From contig OZ245015.1 of NCBI GenBank assembly GCA_965223705.1, positions 1,376,001-1,440,000 of the forward strand: a stretch of DNA of 64,000 nucleotides, given 5' to 3'. Positions 21,698-33,788 of this stretch are shown here, in pieces; the first letter of the stretch is position 1, and each line of letters starts with the position of its first letter. The notes under the pieces are model-generated. The model did not search any database. It was not told the DNA's origin and was given only the letters and a program-made list of their open reading frames with translations. Made by a program: the position numbers and the translations under genes. Origin of the DNA: Myxococcota bacterium (GTDB lineage: Bacteria > Myxococcota_A > UBA9160 > UBA6930).

Positions 21698-22127
21698 CGC
21701 GGGGAGCCCCGCCTCGAGTGGCGCCCCTTTAGCGCGCCGTTTCGAGCGACAGCGCACCATCGAAGATCGAGACATCGATGCCCTCGGGCACGTCAACAAC
21801 GTCGTCTGGATCCGGTTCGTCGTGCAGCTCGCGTCGGCACACGCCGCGAGCGTCGGTTGGGACGAGTCGGCCCTGCGACGCGCGGGGGCATGGTGGGTCG
21901 TCCACCGCCAGGACGTGACGTACCACCGGCCGGCCTTCGCCGGCGAGAGAATTCTCGAGCGCACCGAGATCGCGGAGATGCGCGGCGCTCGCTGCGTTCG
22001 CGAATCCTCTTTCTCCCGCGGAGAGGAGCTGCTGCTCGCCGCGCGTACGACGTGGGTGTGGACCGACGCGACGACCGGGCGGCCGCGCCGTGTGCCGGCC
22101 GCAGTCGTCGCAGCCTTCGGCTGTTAG
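21690..22127 (+). CDS. Acyl-CoA thioesterase (hotdog fold)
   Basis: DIDALGHVNN motif, GRPRRVP; TTG start uncertain. Confidence 0.85.
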   Translation: MTDAGSPASSGAPLARRFERQRTIEDRDIDALGHVNNVVWIRFVVQLASAHAASVGWDESALRRAGAWWVVHRQDVTYHRPAFAGERILERTEIAEMRGARCVRESSFSRGEELLLAARTTWVWTDATTGRPRRVPAAVVAAFGC

Positions 22128-22687
22128 TGGCCGTCGCTCGCCGGCGGGGCGATTCGAAGCTTGCCGTCCACCGCGAACGTGATGCTCTCCTCGAAAGAAA
22201 GCTCCGGGGATTGGAACGCGACTTCCAGCGCGTAGACCCCCGTCTCGGCATCGGTCGGCAACTCGATGAACGCGTCGATGACCCAGCGCCCCGGTTTGAG
22301 CTCGTACCCGGTGATCCGATCGATGACGAACGCTTCGCCTTTATGCCGAATTCGGGTCTCGAGATTGCCGCGCACCACCTCGGTGGGCTCCGTCGGGCAG
22401 AGCGCGTAGATCAGGCGATGGTTGAGCTCTTCTCCGGGCCGCAGGCGTTCCGGAAGGAGTTCGCTGCCTTCGATTTCCAGGTGGGGGAGCACCTTGTCGG
22501 CACAGTCGTATTCCGCGGCGACAGCTTCCGGAAGCTCCCGCAGCTGCTCTCCCGGTGCGCGGAGCGACTTGCGCGCTTCGGCGACGACACCCGCGCAGCC
22601 CGAGGCCAACGCCAGCATGGCGCAGGCCCACACGGCGGTGAGCCAACCCGTTTCCCCGTGGCGCTTCCTTAGCGGCGAACACTCCAT
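22124..22687 (-). CDS. Hypothetical lipoprotein
   Basis: LASGC lipobox after hydrophobic stretch; beta-rich C-terminus; overlaps kinase stop. Confidence 0.6.
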   Translation of the reverse strand: MECSPLRKRHGETGWLTAVWACAMLALASGCAGVVAEARKSLRAPGEQLRELPEAVAAEYDCADKVLPHLEIEGSELLPERLRPGEELNHRLIYALCPTEPTEVVRGNLETRIRHKGEAFVIDRITGYELKPGRWVIDAFIELPTDAETGVYALEVAFQSPELSFEESITFAVDGKLRIAPPASDGH

Positions 22688-24018
22688 CCCCCAGCCTTAT
22701 CGGCCTCGGAGGAGGGTGCCTTACGAACTGCCGCGGGCTTGCGCGGCCGCTGCCGTTCGGCTGCCACCGGAGGTTGGGTTGGTGCGGGTTCGGGTTGTTC
22801 GGCGATCGTGGCGGCGGAAAACGGCACCACCGTGACCTCCGAAGCGTCCTGGATCCAGGTGTATGCAGCGTCGCGAGATCCATTCGTGCTCGGCGGTGGA
22901 AGTGCCGCGCGCTCGTCGGAGACGGTCGCGATTCGATTCGTCGCGACCGCGAGGGTGAGCAAAGCGAAGAGTGATGCGCCCGCGATCCAGGTGCTTTTGC
23001 GCACGTCCGAGAAGCGATGTTTCTCAGCCGCGATGCGTTCCCAAGCTTCACCCAGTCGCCGCTTCAGCCCGTCCGGAATGACTTGCGTGGCCTCGGCTTG
23101 GGCCGGTTCAGCGCCGGGGACTGCGGTCGGCGCTTCAGTGTCGACCGGAGCGAGCCCGCGCGGCGCGGCCATCCGCCGGGTCTCGTTCCAGTTCCGTTCC
23201 CTTCCCGCGAGGGCGTACGCTTCGCGCAGCGCCGCGGCGAAATCCTGCGTGCTCTCGAAGCGGTCGTCGGGGTTCTTGGCGAGCGCGCGCAGCACGACTT
23301 CTTCGATGGCGACCGGAAGCTCGGGCGTAAACTCGCGCAACCGCGGCGGCGGGTCGTCGACCTGCGAACGCATCGTTTCAAAGTCGCCCTGTGCGCGGAA
23401 CGGAACTCGGCCGCACAACATGTGGTAGAGGAGGATTCCGGTCGAGTAGATGTCCGACCGCGTGGTCGCGTCGCCACCCCGAATCTGTTCCGGGGCCATG
23501 TACTCGGGCGTGCCTACGAGGTTTCCGACGCGCGTCATGTGCGCTGAACCGACGACGCGCGCGATCCCGAAATCCATGATCTTGATGCGGAAGCCCGCAT
23601 CGACCATCAGGTTCGAACCCTTCACATCGCGATGGATGACACCGAGGTCGTGGGCGTAGCCGAGTCCGTCGAGTGCCTGGGAAAAGAGCGCGAGGGCGCT
23701 TTCCGGTTGCATCTTGCCGGCCGTCCGGATGACCGACGAGAGCGTTCGGCCTTTGACGTACTCCATCACCATGAAGAGGCCGTCCTCTTCGATGAAGGCG
23801 TAGAGCATGGCGATGTTCGGATGGGTGAGCCGGGCCAAGGTCTTCGCTTCCGCCCGGAACCGCTTCAGCAACTGCTCACGGGCCGACAACTCCGGTCGAA
23901 GCGCCTTGATCGCGACCGTTCGCCCGAGGGCCAGGTCCGTCGCTCGAAACACTTCTCCGACACCGCCGGTACCGATCTTCTTTTCGATCCGATAGTTGCC
24001 GATCGTGCGGCCGATCAT
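22669..24018 (-). CDS. Hanks-type Ser/Thr protein kinase with C-terminal TM helix
   Basis: GTGGVG, VAIK, HRDVKGSN, DFGIA, GTPEYMAPE, SDIYS; TM WIAGASLFALLTLAVA. Confidence 0.93.
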   Translation of the reverse strand: MIGRTIGNYRIEKKIGTGGVGEVFRATDLALGRTVAIKALRPELSAREQLLKRFRAEAKTLARLTHPNIAMLYAFIEEDGLFMVMEYVKGRTLSSVIRTAGKMQPESALALFSQALDGLGYAHDLGVIHRDVKGSNLMVDAGFRIKIMDFGIARVVGSAHMTRVGNLVGTPEYMAPEQIRGGDATTRSDIYSTGILLYHMLCGRVPFRAQGDFETMRSQVDDPPPRLREFTPELPVAIEEVVLRALAKNPDDRFESTQDFAAALREAYALAGRERNWNETRRMAAPRGLAPVDTEAPTAVPGAEPAQAEATQVIPDGLKRRLGEAWERIAAEKHRFSDVRKSTWIAGASLFALLTLAVATNRIATVSDERAALPPPSTNGSRDAAYTWIQDASEVTVVPFSAATIAEQPEPAPTQPPVAAERQRPRKPAAVRKAPSSEADKAGGWSVRR

Positions 24019-24119
24019 CGTCCACCTGCACCCCGCCTTCCGGCAGTGACCGGAGCGGGACGTCCTCACTTCCCTGTATCGGCCTACCCGGGGGGGGTCT
24101 TGACTCGGTCAGCGTCGAC

Positions 24120-25283
24120 TCAGTCGGTGGAGTCGAGCGCGAGCGGGCGATCTCGTCGATGGGCGGTGTGCTCTTCGTACCACGCCAGGACGTGTTCGGA
24201 TTCCGCCCGCTCGGCTTCGAGGAACTGCCGGACCCCTCGGGCCAGTCGCTCGTCGGAGAGCCAGTGCAAGCTCCTCGTTCGAACGGGATCGAACCCGCGG
24301 AGTTGCTTGTAGTGCCCGCCGGCACCGGGCTCGAACCGCTCGAGGCCCCGGGCGATGCACGCTTCGATGGCCGCGTAGTAACACACGGCGAAATGGAGGT
24401 GCTTGACTTCCTCGAAGCAACCCCAGTAGCGGCCGTAGAGCGCATCGCCTTTCACGATGTTGACCGTGCCTGCGATGATCTCGCCGCCGCGTCGCGCGAC
24501 GATGAAGCAAACCCGAGAGCGGAACCGATCGCGCAACAGCTCGAAGAACGCCTCGTTCAAGTAGTGGCGACCCCAAGGGTTCTTCTCGATCGTGGCTCGG
24601 TAGATCCGGTACATCACCGGGAACAACGCGTCGGGAATCTCGTCGCCGACCAGGCACTCGATTTCGACGCCGGCTTCGGCGACCCCACGAAGTTCGCGCC
24701 GCACCTGATTGCGCCGCTTGCTGCGAAGGCTCGCGAGGTAGTCCTCGAAATCTTCGTACCCGTCATTCTTCCAGTGGTATTGGAACGCTAAGCGGGGCTG
24801 GAACTCGTCGCCGGCGAGGGCGTCGAATTCGTCCGTCCGGCAGAAGTTGATGTGGATGCTCGAAAGATCGTTTTGTCGGGCGAGCGCCAACAACCCCCCG
24901 CCGAGTTGACGGATCCACTCGTCGCGATTCTCTCCGGGGGCGACGAGGAAACGAGCCCCGGTCACCGGCGTGAACGGAACGCCGACCAGCAACTTGGGGT
25001 AGTAGGTGATTCCCGCCCGTTCGGCTGCGTCCGCCCAGCCCCAGTCGAATACGAACTCCCCCTCGCTGTGTCCTTTGAGGTAGAGCGGGCAGGCCGCCAC
25101 AAGCCGGCCTTCTTCCCGAGCGATGAGGGGTTGCGGACCCCACCCGGCGCGCGGCGAGGCCGCTTCGCTGTCCTCCAAGGCGGCGAGCCACGACCATTCG
25201 AGAAAAGGGGATTCTCCGCCGACCAGGGCGTCCCATTCCGCTTGCGGCACACTCCGCACCCCGGCGACGACTTCGAGCTCCAC
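24120..25283 (-). CDS. FemAB-like GNAT protein (DUF482 / COG3146-like)
   Basis: PLYLKGHSEGEFVFDWGWA, YYPKL..VPFTP, LYGRYWG, LHF.VCYY, FEPGA.G. Confidence 0.9.
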   Translation of the reverse strand: MELEVVAGVRSVPQAEWDALVGGESPFLEWSWLAALEDSEAASPRAGWGPQPLIAREEGRLVAACPLYLKGHSEGEFVFDWGWADAAERAGITYYPKLLVGVPFTPVTGARFLVAPGENRDEWIRQLGGGLLALARQNDLSSIHINFCRTDEFDALAGDEFQPRLAFQYHWKNDGYEDFEDYLASLRSKRRNQVRRELRGVAEAGVEIECLVGDEIPDALFPVMYRIYRATIEKNPWGRHYLNEAFFELLRDRFRSRVCFIVARRGGEIIAGTVNIVKGDALYGRYWGCFEEVKHLHFAVCYYAAIEACIARGLERFEPGAGGHYKQLRGFDPVRTRSLHWLSDERLARGVRQFLEAERAESEHVLAWYEEHTAHRRDRPLALDSTD

Positions 25284-25290
25284 CCGGCCG

Positions 25291-25320
25291 AGTGTAGCGG
25301 CCGCAGTCAGTAGCTATCCT
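25291..25320. promoter_or_regulatory. Divergent pair of -10-like hexamers (TACACT on -, TATCCT on +)
   Basis: Each lies 6-7 nt before a GTG start (GNAT gene 25283; clpS 25327). Confidence 0.55.
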
Positions 25321-25326
25321 CCGGTC

Positions 25327-25652
25327 GTGTCGTCGAAAACGCCCAAGCGAGCTGATCCGCGCCGCGAGGGAGACGTCGCCACCAAGACGCGGGAGCGGGT
25401 GGCGAAGCCGCCCCGGTACAAGGTGGTGTTATTCAACGACGATTACACGCCGATGGAGTTCGTGGTCTGGCTTCTCGAGACCGAGTTCGAGAAGAGCCCG
25501 GCCGAGGCCACTCAGCTGATGCTGACGATCCATCGCAGCGGACACGGCGTCGCCGGGGCCTACGTCCTCGAGGTGGCGGAAACGAAAGTCGCCAAGGTGC
25601 ACAAATTGGCGGAGGAACGCGGCTACCCGCTGCGAGCAGGCGTAAAAGACGA

Positions 25653-25656
<4 letters not shown>
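25327..25656 (+). CDS. clpS: Clp protease adaptor ClpS
   Basis: YKVVLFNDDYTPMEFVV, ML.IH..G, AETK, YPL. Confidence 0.96.
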
Positions 25657-27917
<2,261 letters not shown>

Positions 27918-27918
27918 G

Positions 27919-29397
27919 TCAAGCCGCCCTCGCCGAAGCCATCCAGCGACCGTGATAGAACGTGAGCGTCAGCCAGATCGCTCGCGACAAGTGGTCGAGG
28001 AAGAGCGCGGTCCAGATCCACACGAGCGGCAAACCCCGCGCCGCGAACACGGATGCCAGCAACACGCGAAGCCCCCACGTGCCGACCAGGGAGGACACGA
28101 GCGGTGTCCACGTGTCACCCGCGCCCCGGTGAGCGCCTGCCAACGTAAAGTGCAGCTGGAGCGTAGGCTGACAAAGGCACATCGCGAGCATGAAGGGCAC
28201 CAGAGTCGCGATCGTCGCCGGATCCTGGCTGAACAGCTCGGCCAGCGGCGTGCGCAGCCAAGCGCCCACGATGCCCATGATGACGGCGGTACCCACGGCG
28301 AGACGCGCCGCACGCCAACCGGCGCGCCGGGCAGCCGCGAAATCCTCTCTGCCCAAGGCTTGTCCCACCAGGGTCGCGACGGCCTGCGCGTAACCGACGC
28401 CCGGAATCCAAGAAAAAGACAGCAGCCGGATTCCCACGGTGTAGGCGGCGATCGCGACCGTCCCGTACCCCGACAAGACGGAAAAGAAGAACAAGAGGGC
28501 CAGGTTCATGCCGACCCGTTCGATGATGCTCGGGTAAGCGATGCGCGCCAATCGGCGGAACTCATCCCCCATTGTCCGGAAATCGCCGAGCTGCAGGGCT
28601 AGCGGGCCGTCGCGTCTCGCCCGGCGGACGACCCAAGCGAACAGAGCGATAGCGATCACTTGAGAGACCAGCGTGGCGACGCCGGCACCGACGAGTTCGA
28701 GGCGCGGAAAGCCTCCCAACCCGAAGATGAGAAGCGCGTTCAATCCGATCTTCGCCGCGGTGACGAAGACCGCGATCCGCATGGGAGTGCGCGTGTCACG
28801 GTCGGCGCGCAGGCCACTCTCGACCGTCAACGCGATCGAGAGCAGGAGCGAAGAGACCATGATGAGTCGCAAATACGGGGCACAGAGCTGCGCCACGTTG
28901 TCGGAAGCGCCGAGCCACCCGAGGATCGTCGTGGGGAAGAAGCCGATCGCACCCGCAAACACCAGCGACGCCGCGAAAGCGAGAACCAACGAAGCTGCCA
29001 GGGCCTGACGGGCGCGCTCGGGTTCACGCGCGCCGATCGCGTGCGCCATGCGCGCGACGCACCCGAAGCCGATCGCGAAAAACACCGATTGCGTCAGAAA
29101 GTGAAATTGTGTCGCGTAGCCGACCGCCGCCTGTTCATCGGTTCCGAGTCGGCCGACCATGGCGATATCGACCAAGCTCACGGCGCTGATCAAGAGCTGC
29201 GAGAGCATGACCGGCCAGGCGATGGACCAGATCTCGCGCGTGGTCCCGGTGCGCCGACGTCCCGAGGATACGGTGTCCTCTGTGGGAACCGCCCCGGCCG
29301 CCAGCGAACCCGAAGGCGTCGCGGGCGAAACCTCGGGATCTCGGGTGCTTTCGGCGTGTTCGTCGACTCGGGGAGGCGTATCGTCGTTCTGCGAGAC
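27919..29397 (-). CDS. MATE family efflux transporter (start uncertain; first ATG at 29208 lies inside TM1)
   Basis: IAWPVMLSQ...DIAMVGRLG, DTRTPM, GAGVAT, GQALG, GAGDT; frame is open upstream to the ispH stop. Confidence 0.85.
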   Translation of the reverse strand, partial: VSQNDDTPPRVDEHAESTRDPEVSPATPSGSLAAGAVPTEDTVSSGRRRTGTTREIWSIAWPVMLSQLLISAVSLVDIAMVGRLGTDEQAAVGYATQFHFLTQSVFFAIGFGCVARMAHAIGAREPERARQALAASLVLAFAASLVFAGAIGFFPTTILGWLGASDNVAQLCAPYLRLIMVSSLLLSIALTVESGLRADRDTRTPMRIAVFVTAAKIGLNALLIFGLGGFPRLELVGAGVATLVSQVIAIALFAWVVRRARRDGPLALQLGDFRTMGDEFRRLARIAYPSIIERVGMNLALLFFFSVLSGYGTVAIAAYTVGIRLLSFSWIPGVGYAQAVATLVGQALGREDFAAARRAGWRAARLAVGTAVIMGIVGAWLRTPLAELFSQDPATIATLVPFMLAMCLCQPTLQLHFTLAGAHRGAGDTWTPLVSSLVGTWGLRVLLASVFAARGLPLVWIWTALFLDHLSRAIWLTLTFYHGRWMASARAA

Positions 29398-29406
29398 GGG
29401 AGTCTC

Positions 29407-30339
29407 CTAGCCCGATGACCGGAGTGCCGCGGGAAGCTGGAATACGACGCCCTCGTCGACTCGGGGCCGGGGTTCGATCTCCACGTCGTCGGCGAGTTCG
29501 CCGAGGCGAGCGACAACTTCTTGCACGAGCACCTCGGGAGCCGAGGCGCCGGCCGTGACTCCTGTGCACGAGACGCCGTGTAGCCAACTCGGATCGATGT
29601 CCTTCGCACTCTGCACGAGGTGGGCGGCCACGCCGGCCTTGCGGGCGATTTCGACCAACCGGTTGCTGTTCGAAGATTCCGGCGCGCCCACGACGAGAAC
29701 GAGATCCGCCTCGCGGATCAGATCTTTTACGGCGTTTTGTCGGTTTTGCGTCGCGTAACAGATGTCGTCTTTGCGCGGAAGCTTGACCTTCGGAAAGCGG
29801 CTGCGGAGAGCCGCGAGGACTTCACGCGTATCGTCCACGGAAAGCGTCGTCTGGGTCAGCACCGCCAACCGCGAAGGTTCACGCACCTTCAGGCCAGCGA
29901 CGTCTTCGACGGTCTCCACCAGCTGGATGCGCTCCGGAGCATGGCCCATGGTGCCTTCGACTTCGACGTGACCGGCATGCCCGATCAGCACAATTTCGAA
30001 ATCATCATTAGCGAAACGCTGGGCTTCGACGTGGACTTTCGTGACCAGTGGGCACGTCGCATCGATGCAGCGGAGCTCCTGACGATCGGCGAGCTCTCGA
30101 ATTTCGGGGGACACGCCGTGGGCGCTGAAAATGAGCAGAGATCCTTTGGGTACTTCGCGGGGGTCTTCTACAAAGATCGCGCCTTTGCGACGCAGATCAT
30201 CCACGACGTGTCGGTTGTGGACGATTTCGTGACGGACGTACACCGGGGGGCCGAAGCGGGAGAGCGCCAGCTCGACGATTTCGATCGCTCGATCGACCCC
30301 GGCACAAAACCCGCGCGGGCTGGCCAGGAGAATTCGCAC
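29407..30339 (-). CDS. ispH: 4-hydroxy-3-methylbut-2-enyl diphosphate reductase
   Basis: [43 protein letters not shown]. Confidence 0.97.
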   Translation of the reverse strand: MRILLASPRGFCAGVDRAIEIVELALSRFGPPVYVRHEIVHNRHVVDDLRRKGAIFVEDPREVPKGSLLIFSAHGVSPEIRELADRQELRCIDATCPLVTKVHVEAQRFANDDFEIVLIGHAGHVEVEGTMGHAPERIQLVETVEDVAGLKVREPSRLAVLTQTTLSVDDTREVLAALRSRFPKVKLPRKDDICYATQNRQNAVKDLIREADLVLVVGAPESSNSNRLVEIARKAGVAAHLVQSAKDIDPSWLHGVSCTGVTAGASAPEVLVQEVVARLGELADDVEIEPRPRVDEGVVFQLPAALRSSG

Positions 30340-30346
30340 GCGGCGC

Positions 30347-30360
30347 AGGGTAGCTACAAT
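30347..30360. promoter_or_regulatory. Back-to-back -10-like hexamers AGGGTA-GC-TACAAT (candidate bidirectional promoter)
   Basis: TACCCT on - is 7 nt before the ispH GTG; TACAAT on + precedes the ACAD gene with SD GAGGAG. Confidence 0.55.
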
Positions 30361-30403
30361 GACCGGCCGCGTCTCCCGACGCGTGAGCCGTTTGAGGAGC
30401 AGG

Positions 30404-31609
30404 ATGAGCGACGAGAGTACGGAGAACGACGAATTTCGAGCCGAGCTGCGCGACTGGTTGGAATCGAACGCGCCGGATTCGCTCAAAGGGATGGGCAACA
30501 GTGTCCTCGAGGGTGTCTGGGGCGGCCGAACCCCGCACTTCCCGCATCCCGACCAGGAAGCATGGCTCGAGCGCGCCGTATCTCGCGGGCTCACCGCGCC
30601 GACTTGGCCGAAGGCCTACGGCGGTGCCGAATTCACGCCAGCGGAGAACAAGATCCTTCGCGAGGAGATCGCGCGCTTGGAAGTTCCGGCGCCCCTGATC
30701 GGCTTCGGGCTGACCATGATCGGCCCGACGCTGCTTCGATTCGGGACGGAAGCGCAAAAAGCCGAGCATCTGCCCAAGATCGTCCAGGGAAAGATCCGTT
30801 GGTGCCAGGGCTACTCGGAGCCCGGAGCGGGCTCGGATCTCGCCGCTCTGCAGACCCGCGCCGAAGACGACGGGGACCATTACATCATCAACGGGACGAA
30901 GGTGTGGACTTCGTATGCGGACAAATCCGATTGGATCTTCGCCTTGGTGCGCACGGACCCCGATGTCAAGAAACAAGAGGGGATCACGTTCCTCCTGATC
31001 GACATGCAGACCGAGGGCGTTTCCGTTTCGCCGATTCTCCTGATCAGCGGTGCATCGCCGTTCTGCGAGACGCATTTTCGGGACGTGCGCGTTCCGAAGG
31101 CGAACGTGATCACCGAGGAAAACAACGGTTGGACCGTCGCAAAAGCGTTGCTGCAGCACGAACGAACGATGATCGCCGACGCCTTCGGGCCCGCACAGGG
31201 ATCGTCGAAGTCCGCGACGTTACCCGACCTTGCGAGTCACTACGCGGCGGCGGGGCAGAAGGCAATGGATCCCGTCTTGCGCGATCAGATCGCCCAAAAC
31301 GGTATGGATACGCTCGCGTTCAAATACACGGTGCAACGCACGCGAGACGCGGCGCGAGCCGGTCATCAACCGGGGCCCGAGAGCTCGCTCTTCAAGGTTT
31401 ACGGGACAGAGCTCAACCAGCGCCGCTACGACCTCCTGATGCGAATCGCCGGACCACAGGCCCTGGGTTGGGAGGGGCCGGGCTTCGACGACGGTGAACT
31501 TTCCCGAACGCGCGAGTGGCTTCGATCTCGGGGTAATTCCATCGAGGGCGGAACTTCCGAAATTCAGCGCAACATCATCGCGAAACACGTCCTCGGACTT
31601 CCGGACTGA
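30404..31609 (+). CDS. Acyl-CoA dehydrogenase family, alpha subunit (PimC-like)
   Basis: [44 protein letters not shown]. Confidence 0.93.
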   Translation: MSDESTENDEFRAELRDWLESNAPDSLKGMGNSVLEGVWGGRTPHFPHPDQEAWLERAVSRGLTAPTWPKAYGGAEFTPAENKILREEIARLEVPAPLIGFGLTMIGPTLLRFGTEAQKAEHLPKIVQGKIRWCQGYSEPGAGSDLAALQTRAEDDGDHYIINGTKVWTSYADKSDWIFALVRTDPDVKKQEGITFLLIDMQTEGVSVSPILLISGASPFCETHFRDVRVPKANVITEENNGWTVAKALLQHERTMIADAFGPAQGSSKSATLPDLASHYAAAGQKAMDPVLRDQIAQNGMDTLAFKYTVQRTRDAARAGHQPGPESSLFKVYGTELNQRRYDLLMRIAGPQALGWEGPGFDDGELSRTREWLRSRGNSIEGGTSEIQRNIIAKHVLGLPD

Positions 31610-31612
31610 AGC

Positions 31613-32755
31613 ATGCAACTCGTACTGACTGAAGACCAGGAACTGATCGCGAAGACCGCAGTCGACTTTGTCGCCGAACGCTCTCCCGTCTCCCGCATCC
31701 GCGAGCTGCGGGACACCGAGGACCCGTTGGGCTTTTCGCGTCCACTCTGGAAGGAGATGGCCGAACTCGGTTGGGTCGGCATCCCCATCGGCGAAGAGTT
31801 CGGCGGAGCGGGGATGGGCTTGTCGGAGCTCTCGATCGTGCTGGAAGCGCTCGGGCGGAACCTGGCGCCAGAGCCGTTTCTCGCAACGGTGCTGCTCGGA
31901 GCCGCAACCCTTTCCCGAGCGGGTACCGATAGCCAGCGTCGCCAGTGGTTGCCCGGAATTGCCGCGGGAGAGAAGATCGTGACGCTCGCGTTTCAAGAGG
32001 CCGACAGCCGCTACGAGGTTCTTCATTCCGCAACGCGCGCAGAGCCGGCCGAGACTGGCATAACCCTCCGCGGAGAAAAAGTGCAGGTGCTCGATGCAGC
32101 GGCTGCCGACGCGTTCCTCGTCACCGCACGGACCGAAGGACAGGTCGCCAGCCGGGAAGGGCTTTCGTTGTTTCTCGTGCCCGCCGGCGCGCCCGGAGTG
32201 CAGATGACTCCGCAGAAGCGAGTCGACGGCCGGTCCGCCGCCATCGTGCGCTTCGACGGTGTTCCGGTTTCGTCCGAAGCGTGCGTCGGGCCTCTCGGTC
32301 GAGCCGCGACTTTGCTCGAGGAGACCATCGACTACGCCACCGCAGGTCTCTGCGCCGAGATGCTCGGAGGCATGCAGCAGGTGTTTGACGACACGCTGCA
32401 GCACCTTCGCGAGCGAAAGCAGTTCGATGCACCGGTGGGGTCGTTTCAAGCGCTCAAGCACCGCGCCGCCGACGTCTTTATCGAAATCGAGCTGGCGAAG
32501 AGCGTGACGATGGCTGCGGCGCGCGCCATCGATGAAGGCCGCGAAGACGCTTCCGCCATCGTTTCCGCGGCGAAGGCGCGTTGCTCCGATGCCTTCATGC
32601 TCGCCGCAAACGAGGCCGTGCAGATGTTCGGCGGCGTCGGCATGACCGATGAGTACGACGTCGGTTTCTACCTGAAACGAGCTCGGGCGGCCGAGCTCAC
32701 GTTCGGAGATGCGGCGTTTCATCGGGACCGCTGGGCCCGCCTCAAGGGCTACTGA
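31613..32755 (+). CDS. Acyl-CoA dehydrogenase family, beta subunit (PimD-like)
   Basis: LWKEMAELGW, RKQF..PVGSFQALKH, VQMFGGVGMTDE, FGD. Confidence 0.9.
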   Translation: MQLVLTEDQELIAKTAVDFVAERSPVSRIRELRDTEDPLGFSRPLWKEMAELGWVGIPIGEEFGGAGMGLSELSIVLEALGRNLAPEPFLATVLLGAATLSRAGTDSQRRQWLPGIAAGEKIVTLAFQEADSRYEVLHSATRAEPAETGITLRGEKVQVLDAAAADAFLVTARTEGQVASREGLSLFLVPAGAPGVQMTPQKRVDGRSAAIVRFDGVPVSSEACVGPLGRAATLLEETIDYATAGLCAEMLGGMQQVFDDTLQHLRERKQFDAPVGSFQALKHRAADVFIEIELAKSVTMAAARAIDEGREDASAIVSAAKARCSDAFMLAANEAVQMFGGVGMTDEYDVGFYLKRARAAELTFGDAAFHRDRWARLKGY

Positions 32756-32756
32756 C

Positions 32757-33788
32757 TTGATCGACGCCGAAGAGCGTTTCCTGCGGGCCGCGACCGGTCG
32801 GCCGGTTGATCGCCCGCCGGTTTGGCTGATGCGACAGGCGGGCCGTTACCTGCCCGAATACCGCGCGCTGCGCGAAGGCGTGACGTTTCTCGAAATGTGC
32901 GCGGACGTCGATCGCGCGGTCGCCGTTTCGCTCCAACCCATCGACCTCGTCGGGAGCGAGGCGGTCATCCTGTTCTCGGACATCTTCGTGCCCGTCCTCG
33001 GCATGGACGTCGCGCTCGATTTTTCGCCCGGGCCGGTGATCGGCGAGCCCATCCGACAACGCGCCCAGGTCGAGGCGCTCACGATGACGGATCCCCGCGA
33101 AACGGTTCCCTACGTGTTCGAGATCCTGCGGCGCCTGCGAAGCGAGTTGGTTGCTCGAAAGATCCCGCTTCTCGGGTTTGCGGGCGCGCCGTTCACGCTC
33201 GCGTGTTATCTGGTGCGCGGTCGCGGAGATCCCGACCGACGTTTTCCCGAAATGCACGAGCTCTTGGCGCGCGAGCCCGAAACTGCGGTGGCGCTCCTCG
33301 ATCGGCTCGGCGACGTCATGGCGCGCTACCTCGCGGCCCAGATCGAGGCCGGCGCGCAAGCGGTCCAACTGTTCGACACATGGGCCGGGATTCTCGATGA
33401 GTCGACCTACCGCCGCTTCGCCTTGCCCGTCGTGTCTCGGGTCGTCCGCGCGTTGCGCGGACGCGCGCCGGTGATTCTCTTCGGCGGCGAGTCGCCTCAT
33501 CTGGTCGACGCCATGCTCGAATCGGGCTGCGATGTGCTGTCCGTGGGGGAGAGCGTCGATCTCGAGACGGCGGCGCAGAAGGCCGGCGGCGCGACCAGCT
33601 TGCAGGGCAATTTGCCGCCCTCGTTCTTGAAGCGTTCCCGCGAAGAAATCGTCGCCGCGGTCGCTGCGATGGCGCGTCACGCGAGGCCGGCGCGCGGCTA
33701 CATCGCGAACCTCGGTCACGGTTGCACGCCCGATACGCCGGTCGCGGGCGTGCGGGCGTTCACCGACGCCGCACGCGCGCTTTCTTGA
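32757..33788 (+). CDS. hemE: Uroporphyrinogen decarboxylase
   Basis: PVWLMRQAGRYLPEY, ILFSDI, GFAGAPFTLA, QLFDTW, NLGHG. Confidence 0.95.
   Translation: MIDAEERFLRAATGRPVDRPPVWLMRQAGRYLPEYRALREGVTFLEMCADVDRAVAVSLQPIDLVGSEAVILFSDIFVPVLGMDVALDFSPGPVIGEPIRQRAQVEALTMTDPRETVPYVFEILRRLRSELVARKIPLLGFAGAPFTLACYLVRGRGDPDRRFPEMHELLAREPETAVALLDRLGDVMARYLAAQIEAGAQAVQLFDTWAGILDESTYRRFALPVVSRVVRALRGRAPVILFGGESPHLVDAMLESGCDVLSVGESVDLETAAQKAGGATSLQGNLPPSFLKRSREEIVAAVAAMARHARPARGYIANLGHGCTPDTPVAGVRAFTDAARALS

Noticed and set aside
29407..29409. Genome-wide TAG recoding (pyrrolysine or alternative code) suggested by the ispH-MATE in-frame TAG
   Set aside because: TAG ends many conserved genes at their normal C-termini (purF, tuf, nusG, rplA, rplJ, rplL); no pyl genes or suppressor tRNA seen
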